This document shows, in pieces, positions 12,301 through 24,349 of a DNA stretch of 64,000 nt. The position numbers and the translations under genes are program-made. Every line of letters starts with the position of its first letter. Position 1 is the first letter of the stretch. The DNA comes from Eutreptiella sp. 'Long Island Sound 2002' (Eukaryota > Protista > Euglenida), in assembly GCA_964036045.1 (NCBI GenBank), contig OZ038378.1, positions 141,298,001 through 141,362,000 of the forward strand, written 5' to 3'. The notes below the pieces were generated by a model. The model had not been told where the DNA came from and did no database searches. It saw nothing but the letters and a program-made list of their open reading frames with translations.

Positions 12301-12899
12301 TACCTCGTGCTGGGGCTGAGCTTTGAGGGGGATCTTCAACGAGCAACAAACGACATTTGTCCCCATTTGTCCCCATGGCAGGGAAAGATCGATGTGGCCA
12401 CAAAATCAGAAGTGGCTGCACAAATCCTGCCTTCTTGGGGGCCAAGGAAAATGCCCAGAAAAAACTGAGTATTTTGAGTACAAATACATGGGTGACCAAT
12501 TCTGCCAGCCCCTTTAAACGGGGCACCCAATTTTTCCAATTTGGCTTGTACGATGGTCCGGACCTCTCAACCATTTTGGCCCCCGGGGAGAGGGGGGGGG
12601 GGGGGTCAGGGCCTGCACCTGGGCGCCCCCCGTGGGATGAGGTTCTTATTTCGGGGCTGGGAGGCGGTGTGCAGTTTGGGGCACGGGTGCAGAAGTGCAT
12701 TACAAGATGTGTGGCGATCGTTCAGCGGCACTGCTATCGCCGTGATCAGATGAAGCCCTGCTGTACCCAATTCCTGTGTGTTGTCCATCAACAATTTCAC
12801 TGTGGGTGTGTTTGGACATCCGCTCTTTTGGTGTTCGGCTTGATAGCCATTAGACTTTTGAACATGCGATGCAGGCACTGGTCAAAGCGTAATTGTATC

Positions 12900-13200
12900 A
12901 TTGAAGGTGACCGAACCAGTGTTACACATCCGCACACAGTCCCCAAACGCATGTGGCAAACCTCTGGGCCAGTGCATGTGCCAGGGCATGGGGCAGTGCA
13001 TGTGCCGGGGCATGGGAAAGTGTATGGGGTATGCATTGCCCCATGCCCTGGCACATGCAATGCCCCAGGCACTGACCAATGGACTTGCCCATGCAATGGC
13101 CCATGCACTGCCCGTGCACATGGGCCAGTGCATCGGCGCTGCATGGGGCAGTGCATGGGGAAATGCAAGGGGCAGTGCCTGGCGTAGTGCATGGGGTCGT
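12900..13200. repeat. Degenerate GCAT-rich tandem/fold-back repeat (gggcagtgcatgg / cccatgcactgccc)
   Basis: Many copies of both orientations are visible; they generate the repetitive Cys/Met/His ORFs in the track. Confidence 0.7.
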
Positions 13201-13771
13201 GCGATCAAGGCCAATCCCATATGGACGGAAGGGTCCTCGGCACAGCGATAACCCACAGTGCCAAAACACGCCAACCGATGATGTTCTGAAACATTGTGCG
13301 GCAGGTCAGTGCAAATCAGTGAGACGCTGGCCATCACCCTCCAGAATCGCTCCGGCATCCAGCCCAGTGCATGAAGTATAAAGGCGGCGAAGACGCGACA
13401 CAAACAAGGCGCGGGCGCACCCCATCATTACCTCAGCCATTGTTCCAAGTCGCCGTCTCTATCCAGCACCACAGAGATGCAGGACGATTGACACCATGTT
13501 GCTGGGCGATATCGCCCAGGGAACATCAACGTTGTTGTTCTTCTAAATACTGTCGGGTGCCATTAGAGACTGCCTGAGACTGCAACCGGAACGTCAGATG
13601 TATGATCTGAGAGACTCCCATGTTTGACCCAGACTGCCTACCTGCAGTCCTCGCATATAGGGGGTATAAGGCTTGGGAAAAATCAACTAAGGATGGTGCC
13701 TCTCCCCGTGAGGCCACTCACACTGGCTGTCGCTCATTTCAGAAGCACCCACCGCACTGAAGCCCAAATAC

Positions 13772-14115
13772 CTGTCAACATAGGCGCGGCAGGTCTGGCA
13801 CAGCGTTTTGCCTGGCGGAATCGGAATGTCGCTCTCGTACATCTCATGCTCTGATATCTTTGTCCAAATCGCAGGGTCTGCGGCGTCGGATCTTGCCGTG
13901 ACGTAGTTCAGTCCGACCACGCACACTGCCACGCAGCCGTACAGGACGCAGGCCACAACATTGAAAGGGGGGCGCAAAAAGGGGCCGTTGAATATGTAGA
14001 AAAAAGTGAAGAACATCACGATCAAGCCCCAAGATGTCACCTGCAGCACGTCCCAAGGGCGTGCGAACCCACTGCGCCGGTGGTCGTCATGGACGTTGTA
14101 CTTCACATGAGCCAT
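13772..14115 (-). CDS. DHHC palmitoyltransferase exon 1 (ZDHHC1/11-like N-terminus)
   Basis: ATG at 14115: MAHVKYNVHDDHRRSGFARPWDVLQVTSW...SDAADPAI...LCQTCRAYVDR. It has two hydrophobic segments and the first CxxC, then donor GACAG|GTATTT in phase 2. The RRxGFxxPWxxLQ motif resembles the ZDHHC1/11 subgroup (recalled, not searched). Confidence 0.85.
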
Positions 14116-16399
14116 TGTGCTTAGCACAATGGCGGGGCACGCTAGGACATGGTCGATAAATCCTGTGCACAGGGACGGCGCGCAGTGATGCAGCCGGTTA
14201 CATTGAATCTCTGGCCGTACTCCAGTCCGCCTGTTTATGGCCAAAATGGTGGCATGCCGGTGCAAATCGGTGCCTCACCGTGCTCATGTCACAGTGTTCC
14301 CTTGTGATCTACAGGTCCTACTCATGTTCTCAACATCCCATACCCATGGCGCCTCGCTGCACTCATTTGCTTGCCCTGCAAACACACACACACACACACA
14401 CGATTGCAAAGACAGACGGGCACAACGTGGTTTCCAAGGGACAGAATCTTCGTCAGTTGGAACGCCAAACAAGACAGAACATATTCGCCGCCAATAGGTG
14501 CCTTTCTGCAGTACAGGCCGAGGGCAGAGAGGCATGCATCCTGACCCACATTCATGGCCTCGAACTCGAGGATAGCCCCCGGCAGCTGTGCTGGACCAGA
14601 GGCCTGCAGAAGACAGAGCAATAGTTGAACTTTTCTGCCAGTCACATGGGTGAATTGGGAAAGTCAGGCCCTGTCCCTCCCCTGCCTTGCTTCAGGCCCA
14701 CCGAGGCTTGTGATACCCACCAGTCACTTCATGGGGAATGGGAGGAAGAAAGGATTGCAACCAAGTTCAGACATGCCATGTCGACCATGCCCTGTCACTT
14801 GATGTAAAAATGCACTATTGTTGGGGCATTACACACACACATTGTGCTGCCAGGGTGTTTTGCACTGGCAGCTGGCATCCGTACACGGGGACAAGAGAAT
14901 GCCCAGACTGCTGAAGTCCTCACTCCGCGCACTGCAGATGCCCCCCACCGCGGGGTGTTAAGGCAGCAGCGAAGAACTGTATGCATCCTCCGCCCTGTAT
15001 GCATCCTCCGCCCAATATGCATGCCGTTCCATCCAACGGCCAATTCCTGCTGTAACCATGCATCTGCGGGCATGTGGGAAGACAAATGATGGAGAACTTT
15101 GACCGTTGCTGGACATGAGTGGGGCATGCCGCTGTATGCTTCCGCAACAGCCTTGTGCATTGCACGCATGGCCGTTATCCTACTCAGTCCTAAAAGGATG
15201 GCAGCCTGCAACCAGGCAGCCGCACTTGGCGTCTGAGACAACGAGGTTGTGGACCAGCACAAGTTGTTTTTCAGTACCCCAGTGAGGGTGCTGGAATGCA
15301 CCGCACACTGCACCGTGCGCGTCAGAGGATGCAATGCTTTAGTGCAATGTACACCCTTTCGGAAGGTAGGCAGGGTCGCAGAGAAAAAACATTGAAATGG
15401 GAAACTTTTGTGCATGCATCATCACCACTTCCCTCCAGATAATGCCCCCAAAGTGTGTTTTACCCATGCACACCAATAGCATCACCCAACCATTGCATAC
15501 AGTGCACACTGGCCACGTTTCAGCAACTTGTGTTAGTGTGAGCATATGTTGTGCGCGCCGGGCTGACGCCACACCGCGCGCCGCACCGCGCGGTCAGCAC
15601 CCTCAGTACCCCAGTAAAAATGGCAGGCAAATACTCCTTGTGTGTGTACAACGGAGTTTTCAAGGGGGCTCGCAGTTTCAGATTCCACTTCCAGTCCAAT
15701 GCTGCCAAAGCGAAAGCAGCGGCGCAGCCATCCGGGTTCAGGACCATGACAACCCCCACCGCCTTCGTTACCGGGGAGCAGCACGCACTGACAGGGATTT
15801 GGTGATGCAATCACACTTAATTTGCAATCCAGCAATCCATGAGAACTTCACGCAATAATTGAATGACGCGGGAATTATCACTTGGGTGGGCATCCGTGGT
15901 AGTTAACATGCTGTTGCGCAACTGGCAGATCGCCACGTGTCCGTACGGGCCGTGACACGGTGTCTAGCGCCCTTTCACAAAGCTCCACCTAACCCAACCA
16001 ATGGACCTTCCCCCTCCCCTTTTATGCACCCAAGATGGAATCAAGATCCGTACCATGTGCAGAGAACGGGCCGCCCATCAGAATGCAGTTGATTCGCACC
16101 CCCCAATTTACCTACACTGAAAGAACCATTGTTGCGTGACAGCCCATGCTTTACTACTGAAACCAACTCGTCATGAGGAACATACTAGAGAAACACACTG
16201 GAAACCGTGGCTAGTAGCGTTTCTTGCCCTGTCAAAGTTGGGGTGCATGTGGTGTATTCTGCATGTGAGCTCTTTTGCCCTCCACCGACGTTTCCTCGTA
16301 AGCCAGTGATTGGATTTTCCGAGGTGTGTGGTCACAGTTTCAGGTGGAGTGTTATCAAACAGGGGGGGGGGGGGGGTTGCGGTCGGGGGAGGTTGAAAC

Positions 16400-17205
16400 C
16401 AATTGCGAAAAATTGTGGGAAAATTGCGGAAAAATTGCGGAAAAATTGCGACACTGTAAGCAACCCTCCGTAACCCTCCAGGTGCAACAGGACAGGTGGC
16501 CCAGATTTTTCCTTTCAGTCATACAAAAGGCCCATGGGCAGCACAATTACAGGAGGCGCCCCTCAATATCACCATGGAATTGAAGCATGAACCGAAGGCG
16601 GCGGATGTTGTCATCCAATTTGTGTTGCCGCTTCGAAACCGTCCCACCCACACTGTGAGAAAAAGGGTTCCACATCACCACCAGAAGTGGGCTGTGTAAT
16701 CAAAAAGCAGCACCCTCTCTTGGAAAGGTAAAGGGGCGCGTGATTGCCACCAATCCTGCAAGGCAGTATGACCATTTATATCAACGGCATTGCAACGGAT
16801 GTACAAGCTCCATTGCTCTGCAATATCTGGTACATCAGATAAGCCCAACAGAGGGGGTATTGATCAATGGCAACTGCCGATAGTATTCAATCTGCCTGGA
16901 CTCCTTTTTCAACCTGTCTTTGTATGCCACCAACATAAAAAGGACGAACGGAGTGTGGCACACCAGCAAATGGCAGTTTTCAGACACACGTTGCAGCATG
17001 GCCCTGTGGCATAGGAAGGAACTGTTCAGTCGTCTTAATTCAAGCGTGGCAGCATTGACAGCAAAGGTCACCTGCAAGCACGTAAGAAGGGCAAAGCAGA
17101 AAAATTGCGGAAAAATTGCGGAAAATTGCGACAAATTGCGGAAAATTGAGGGAAATTGCGAAAAAGTGCGAAATTGCGGAAAAATGCGGAAAATTCTGGA
17201 CCTCA
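16400..17205. repeat. Element bounded by (AAATTGCGG) arrays, copy 2 (longer core)
   Basis: Arrays at about 16400-16450 and 17100-17195; shares 'gcaaccctccg' and terminal 'ggacctc' with 560-935. Confidence 0.7.
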
Positions 17206-17509
17206 ACCCCCGCCCCCCGTATCATACTGCTCTTTACAATCAAGCTCTGCATTGGCTGTAAACCCTTGGGTGGAGACCCAGTGAAACTGATTAGACATAT
17301 CGGAGACGGACAGGCGGAGGAAACTAATTGATATTTCATCGGCTAAGTATTGCGGCAAAGGGGTGAACGCATGTGCAGCCACACAGCCGCCATTTTTGGA
17401 TGAGGGGTTGCAGGGAGGCATGAATGGGTCTCCAAAGCCATCCCTTCCCTGCCCTTTGCCTTACCAATCACATACAGCCTGCACAGTTTCACCTTGGTGT
17501 TACAGGGCT

Positions 17510-17750
17510 AGATGTTCCTTCCCCCACCAGCTCGGTCCCAATATTCAATCCTGGTTAGGGTTAAGGTGCAAGGGGTAGGGGTGCGACTACTCTTAGGGCT
17601 GGGGTGGGCATTAGGGTCAAGGTTGGGTTTAAGGATAGTGTTGGGCTGCAAAATGAACAAAAATTTCCTTCGGGCACCTTTGTGCTCGTGGAGCGTTGGG
17701 CGCCTTTGGCGCCCATGGACTCCTAAGGCCAGCACCTTTGACAACTAATT
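17510..17750 (+). repeat. Dispersed element carrying a degenerate TTAGGG array, copy 1
   Basis: cccccaccagctcggtcccaatattcaatcct, then ggttagggttaagg..., then tgttgggctgcaaaatgaacaaaaatttccttcgggcacctttg...gcacctttgacaac. Homologous to 40454-40715 (reverse) and 53231-53455; a fragment lies at 965-1010. Confidence 0.75.
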
Positions 17751-18321
17751 GATGGCCGGAGGCCCCCTAAGGGGGGGTGGGGGGCATCCTTAGGACCCGC
17801 GGAATGGGACCCGCTGTGGTGAGCAGGGGATGCTCCCCCACCTCCACAGAATCGCGGTGCTTGGCACGGCAGTCCCCCCCCACGTCACGCCCTCATCGAT
17901 GGGCACTGACCACCGGAGCGCACTGATGTCAGGGGGTCCTCGGGCCTCCTTGGCACAGTGTGCCACCGGCGGTGATCGGTGGTCAACAGGTCTGGAAACG
18001 CCCCGAAGCAGCCCCTCCACGTGGACTTGCAGGGTGCCCCCCCCCCACCCCACCCCACCCCACCCCACACACACACCTCCAGCACTGCATCCCACAAAGG
18101 CATGCAGTAGTGCTCCTGCCGCCACCATGGCCCCTGACCCCCCGGACGCCGGACCGCAGACACCCACACAGCCTCAGAGAGAGGACCATAGTGGTGAGAC
18201 TCCTGGAGGGCCAGAATAGCCAGAACGGGCTCAGAATGGACTAAAAACACTTGTTTGGGCATAGAGAGGGTGTCTTTAAAGAACTGCCTTCGAGGGGCTC
18301 TCTGAGGGGGGGCCCTGACTA

Positions 18322-18691
18322 CCCCCCCCCCCCCCCCGCTTGTCCAAGCAACGGCAAATGACCAGAAATGGACGGAACCAATGCCTAGTGTTGCTTGGAC
18401 AAGGGTGTTGCTTACACGCCGCAACTTGTGTGATACACGTGTAGACATGATGTACTATTCTGAAAACCAAGAGGTAAAACACGCAACAAATGCCCTCTTG
18501 GCCAACAGAGCTGCCTTGACACAAAATATGAGCTTCGTGCTTGTCAAACCCAAGGTATCTGGAAGCACACGTGGCACACAGTAGAACGAATTGAAAAATG
18601 CACCGCCAAAATCAACGGTGCAAAAATTGACAGAACCAACGCCTGTTATTGCTTGGACATAGGCGTTGCTTGGACAAAGGGGGGGGGGGGG
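18322..18691. mobile_element. MITE with poly-C/poly-G-tipped TIRs and TA target duplication (Tc1/mariner-type TSD)
   Basis: TA | C16-gc-TTGTCCAAGCAACG (18340-18353) ... CGTTGCTTGGACAA (18664-18677)-a-G13 | TA. Confidence 0.7.
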
Positions 18692-19734
18692 TAAACAAAC
18701 CACCAAACCACCAAAAAACTCGCCGGACATAAAGGTCCCCAAGAAGCGTAACCCACACGGGGGCGTAGACCACAATACCGGTGCGCACAAGGACGTGCCA
18801 AGGCAGCACACAGAGCCGGATCGGCTTGGGCCACAATGGGTCCTGTGGAGGCCCCTTTAGGCGGACAAACCATATTGTCTGAGTTTTTCGTCTTCGTTGT
18901 CATGGTGCCCTGCACCCCTTTACGTGTATTTTGTCATCTTTCCCTGTTGTGTCATGTGCTGTGTGTCGCATGTCGTGATTTTGCAATGCTGAAGGTAATC
19001 TGCATGCAATACATTCGCTCCCCAAGTCTTCAAAGATCCCTGGATCAAAGAGCGCTGGCCAACGCCGGATTCAATCAGTATTCCTGAAGGAGGGATTAGC
19101 CTTTAGATCCTGCACATCGGAGGTGACAACACCAGAGACCCGAGGGACATATCAAGGGTTGCTGCCTCTAGAGAAGGGCTAGACCTGCTGGCCGCCTGGA
19201 ACCCCCTGGACCCGATCATCCAACGTGCCCAATGCCCCTCTTCGGGGGGATACGAGACCTGGCAAACCACGCCCTCAGGCAGCAGGCCCCTGCCCTGTCC
19301 AGACAATGCCCCAAGGGGAAACGATGTTCCTGAACGCTCATAACCCCCTCCAGTACGGCATCGGACCCCTGTGCAGACGCTGCACTGGCAGCAGGTGTGG
19401 CATCCACCGAAGGTCAGCGTGCGAGCCGGTGTGTGTGCACACCCTGACAACTGGCCAGTGAGCAGGACTGGCTTTGTTGGGGCTGCAACTGAGTAGAGAC
19501 ACAGCGCACGCTCCGGGCTGCAGTGCAGTGGAGAGAGCCCCAGCCCAAACGGAAACAGGTCAGTGCGCTTCATGTCCTCGTTGGTGGCGCGAACTGTGGC
19601 CACTCGACCGTCAACCGCCCGTCAGTTAAGTGCAGCCCGTCAGTCAACTCCGAAGCGCCCGTGAAACGAAAGCAGATCGCCCGTCGGCAAACCGCCACCC
19701 CCCCAGTGGTCGCCAACGAAAACCGATGGACGCT

Positions 19735-20250
19735 TCAAGGACTGCCCTGGGCCTTGTACTCGGCCCACATCGCCTTCATTTTCTCAAAGAAGATGAACGT
19801 CAGGATGTACTGCGGCCCCACGCGACAGTAGTTCGACAGGCCCCCCTTCGTCAGGGCCATCACGCCCTCCGCGCGCACAATCTTCGTCATGCAGTCCCAC
19901 GGCCCCGAGTAGAGAAGGCCTCTGCCGTGCTCCGTGGGCTGGTTCATGATGCGGGCCGCCACCAGATCGAAGGGCTGCATCGCAATGGTGGCGCAGAACG
20001 AGGCCACGGCGGAGGACATGAAGTGGGTCGGCAGCGAGTTCTCATGGCCCCGCAGCAGCAGCCACTGCTTGACCATGTCGTAGGTCGTCAGCTGCACAGA
20101 CACCAGCGCCAGAACGCGGGGCATCAGCGCGTCCAGCCCCCGCCAGAGGCCCAGGACCCCGCGCTCCTGGACGATGGAGCGGAGGGCGTGCCGCGTGCTG
20201 CGGTAGTTGTGCTGCGTCCCCACGGCGTTCTCCTCCGTGCTGGCCTGCAC
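19735..20250 (-). CDS. Mitochondrial carrier (SLC25), exon 2; oxaloacetate carrier OAC1/SLC25A34-35-like
   Basis: ctctgtgcag|GTG CAG GCC...; encodes VQASTEENAVGTQHNY...GVLGLWRG...QPFDLVAARIMNQ...YSGPWDCMTKIVRAEGVMALTKG...GPQYILTFIFFEK; TGA at 19737-19735. 516 nt. Confidence 0.9.
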   Translation of the reverse strand: MQASTEENAVGTQHNYRSTRHALRSIVQERGVLGLWRGLDALMPRVLALVSVQLTTYDMVKQWLLLRGHENSLPTHFMSSAVASFCATIAMQPFDLVAARIMNQPTEHGRGLLYSGPWDCMTKIVRAEGVMALTKGGLSNYCRVGPQYILTFIFFEKMKAMWAEYKAQGSP

Positions 20251-20781
20251 CTGCACAGAGGGGGCGACGGACATGGCCCGCGGGTCACAGGGGCCCGTCG
20301 GCCCGCCAGCTCCCCCTTTGAAGCGTGACCCGTCTTCAGCGCAAGGCATCCGCACGGGCCATACCACTCGTCCACAAACCGACGGCCCGCCAGTCTTCGC
20401 CAGCGGACGCGACACAACAGCGCCACCCGCTCGACAATCGTTGACGACGCGATACTGCGCATGCGGTGGGCCCCGGAGACCTGCCCCAGGACTGCACGAT
20501 GACACGCCGGTCCCGCTTCTTTCTTCGGGTCAACAGTCCTGCATTGCACTTCGTTCACGGATATTCGCCACTCAACCGGTTCGCCAAGTCACCCCCCCCC
20601 CCCCTACCCCATGAGGCCCAGTAAGTGCACAGGCCCTGAATGGGTCAGGTATGGGCCCTCGGCTCAAAGTTGAGGCCCCAATTTAAAGAATTGTGAGGCA
20701 TTACCCATAACCCCCCCCCCTCCCCACACACACACCTGCAGTACTTACTTACGTCCTCTGCCTGCTGCCCTGTAGTTGACA

Positions 20782-21129
20782 GGGCGGGTGGAAAACTGCT
20801 CCAAGGGGGGAAGCGGGCGCGCGAGCCCCCTTTTCAATACCCCCGCCCAGGGGGGGATGGGGCTTTTCGTTCAGGCAATTACGGGGGGCAGACGGTCTGC
20901 ATGGGACCGAGAAAAAATGAAAATTGCATTTTTGGAATCAGCCCGTCGAGGGGGGTCACAAAAGTGGTCATTTGCCCCCTTTTTTGATGAAAAAAAAATT
21001 GCAAAATATTTTTCCCAAAAGGCAATAGCAATGCCCCTGACAGAAGAGCCCCTTTTCCACACACCCTCCCCCCGGGTCGTGGGGGCTCACACGACCCCTC
21101 CCCCCGATGGGGCCATTTTCCAGCCGCCC
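20782..21129. mobile_element. MITE-like element in the carrier-gene intron
   Basis: GGGCGGGTGGAAAA (20782-20795) and TTTTCCAGCCGCCC (21116-21129): 14-bp inverted repeat with one mismatch. Confidence 0.5.
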
Positions 21130-21964
21130 AGGATCGACGTGTGAGGGGTGCACGCGATGCACCGAGTGCCATGCCCCCCAGCCCGACCAGGGGTCCAGCC
21201 TCCTTCGTTCCCCGTCCTATTGGGTCAGTGGTCCCCCTATTCCGTGTGCTGATGCCATCTGCTGCTCTGCTTGCCGGCCCATCCCACCACGGGAGCGGCG
21301 TCGCCAGCAGGGCCCACCCCTTTGGGCATCGCTCGGCTGTACCACATGGCGCGTCTTTCCTGAAAAGGACAGATCGCCGCAGTACCAAACGGTGTCCTGC
21401 ATTCGTCTCTGCAGGCCACAGAACCGAACGGTAGAGCGGCGGACGGTGCCGCATGAGCCCTGGGCGGGCACCGCGTCGTACGGCCGGTGCCCAGGGCCGT
21501 GTGTGTTGTGCAACCCGCTTTGATGCGGGGCCATTCGGTGATGCGCTCGGGTTCGGCCATTGTGTGCTTTGGCTGTGCGGGGGATGCGATCCGTGGGCGA
21601 CGGTGGAGTGTTTGCTGCACTGCTCACGCCCCTGTGGCCTCCGCGCCCCTGCCCGCGCCAACAGGCCTCATAACCAGTCACTTTTTGCGATCACAGACAT
21701 CCGGTCCACAGAAGTGGCCACCTTCAAGGGCCTGCTCGAGTGTGATGCTGAAGCACGAGCCCATGCCCTGGGACCCTGCCCTGGGGTGCGGTATCAGAAA
21801 GCCTCAAGCAGCAATCGCAGACAGTGAAGCTTGGAGGGTGCTCTGCAGTACCGCGCATGTGGGAATTGAACCACAAGGCCAGGGGGCTCTGGATCACCAC
21901 CGAGTGGCAAGTGGTGGTGCTGGTGGTGGAGAGCGGGGGGGGGGGGGGGGGGCGGGGGTATGAC

Positions 21965-22345
21965 CTGCATCGACGTTTTGATTGCGAAGAATGGACACGC
22001 TGCAACGCCCCCTGCAGCCCCTGCGATCAGCGACATCTGAAAGCTCGCGGTGGGCGAGAGCTGCTTCTCGTTCTCGACCCCGAAGTACGCCTTCCCGTAG
22101 TGGTACACGCCGAATCGGAAGGAGTTCCCGCAGATCTGGAAGCACAGGGCTGGGGCCAGGCCCCGGTATAGCCCCTGCAGCCCCTCCTTCTTCCCAATCT
22201 TCATCATCGCATCGATGATGCCGGAGTATGCGGCCTTGCCCCCCAGCTCCCCTTGGAACTGCATGCGACTCTTGACCACATCCACAGGGTTAAGGATCAT
22301 AATGGCGGCCGCGGCCGCCCCCCCACCGAAGAGGAAATTCTCCAT
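21965..22345 (-). CDS. Mitochondrial carrier (SLC25), exon 1
   Basis: ATG at 22345: MENFLFGG...NPVDVVKSRMQFQGE...EGLQGLYRGLAPA...CPFFAIKTSMQ|GT, with Px[D/E]xx[K/R] signatures. With exon 2 the protein is 298 aa, the usual carrier size. Confidence 0.92.
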
Positions 22346-23149
22346 TCCGGCGGTGTCCACACGGGATGGGGCTGCAGAACAGTACAGTGTCGCCGTGGGA
22401 ACAGTCATCCTCAGTCCATTTCCCCACCCCCTCCCCTGCCCATGCTCTACCAATCATTGCCCTGCGAGGCAGTGCCTTGTCGTCTATGAGATGGCATGTC
22501 AGACCTGGGACTGGGGCGCCCAGGCCATTCATTCCAGGTGGAAGGGGTGTACAAACGCAAGCAACACCATTCCACCCCGGGGCACTAAGCGGTGCAATGG
22601 GGCTGGCTTTGAGCCGTACAGGAACCCGACTGTCGCAAAGTCCAGGAACACCTTCCCTTGCGTGTGCTGGCCTTGTGATGCTTGTGCATAACTCGCATGC
22701 ACTGCAGGCAAAGTCCACGTCCTGCTCTGGCTGTGGTCTGCTAGGACTGGAGAGCCTCTTTACAACAGCTAGGTGACCCATGGGAGTCAACCGTGTGCTG
22801 GGCGGTTGTTGCTAGAATTCATAGCGCACAAGGGTGACTGCCCTCCGCCTTTCTCTTGTCCAACGGTCCCTGGCGCTAGGGTGCACCCAGGAGCATACCA
22901 CTTCCCAGCTAGGTGGTCCTCTCAGTGTACAGTCAGCAGGGGGGACAGAACGTGTGAACATGCGGCGTCTGTTGTTGCACGTTGGCCATAATGCTTGTTT
23001 CTCATGCTCTAAATTACCAGTGAGCATCATGCAAGCAATATTCGGTCTGCACCAGTCGGGCCTGCTTTCGGCAGTTGAAGCAAACAAAACCAATCTGCGA
23101 ACCTTGCAACTGCTTCAAAACAAAACAATCAATTTTCTTTTGAGTTCCT

Positions 23150-24250
23150 GACGCTCAAGGTGTCATTGAGTGTACCTGGGAGAACCACGGAAAGCAGAAG
23201 GTCGATTTATGCACAGTACCGGTGCACCCAGACTTCAAACCAAAACAATTAATTGCACCTGGTATTCCTAGGTATCGGCCGGCATCAGGGTCAGTCTTGA
23301 ACGCCTTCCCATCGCTAACGCATCCACTTATCTCAGCAATTCTGAGACTGATCTATCTCCCTGAGCAGTACATCCAGTTTGTGTTGGCCACACTTGTGGC
23401 GCCATACCACTTTTGTCTGGGAGGGGGGGTGGTTAGGAAAAGTGTCTTCCGCCCTCGGGCCAGCATTGGACATGGCGACCCGTTGTCCTCGGTCCTTTTC
23501 TCCTTTTGTGTGTCGTTTGTGTTCCACCCCAGTAAGAAAGTCCAAAGAGCCAGCCCGCACATATAGGCCGATGACCTGTGTGTCCTCATTCGGGGACGGA
23601 GCACAGTGCGTCGACATCAGAGGGTGATTTTTTGGTGGGAATCCTCATTAGGGGGAGTGTGAAACAATTGGAGTCAAGATAGGCAATATCTCACCGGATG
23701 AGGCATATGCCTACCTGCTAGCGGAAGCGCAGTGGCGCGCCTCAGCAGTTGCAAGCCTCCACCGGTCGCTCCGGAAACAAATTTTCTTGCTGAAGATTTG
23801 GGTATTACCCACTGTCCTCTTGACTTCCAAGGCCTACTTGCCGTCCCGAATCATGGTGCAGTCCCTTAAAATCGTTCTCAACACCACACTGCACTTAGAT
23901 AGCTAGGGTAACAATACAGAACATTTTTTTGTTTTGATCAAACTGGCCAAACTCCAATGTGCCATGTGCCGCACGGGCAGTGTTCGTGCTAAATAAAGAT
24001 TTTGGCAATGCGTAGGTGTGCATACGGAAGTCAGCTCTGGGCTAGTTCCCCATGGTTTCCTGTTGAGGTCGGTATATAGGGGTGGATGTGTATTTCCCAC
24101 TTTGTTGGATCCTAGTGCGTGTTTTGTCGCCTAGGCAGGCGTTGCAGTGGCACTTGCGACAAGGTGGATCCCACCCCTCTCATGCCCCTTTGCGTACGAA
24201 GTACAGGGTCTATTTGACAGTTTTGGCTGCAGGCAAAATACAGTGTTTCT
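23150..24250 (+). pseudogene. Decayed non-LTR reverse transcriptase fragment
   Basis: ...RASIGHGDPLSSVLFSFCVSFV...HI*ADDLCVLI matches the QGDPLSPxLF and YADD motifs of non-LTR RTs, with stops and frameshifts. Confidence 0.7.
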
Positions 24251-24349
24251 TTTGGTCGTTACGTTGGTGACACTGTGTGATGTAATCGCACCCATTCATG
24301 TTAGTGTCGCACAAAATACTGACCATGATTGTGGTGTGCTTTAAGATAG

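Noticed and set aside
14795-15860. Transposase or host exons in the DHHC-carrier intergenic region
   Set aside because: Several moderately complex ORFs, but no motif I can name and no consistent splice pattern.
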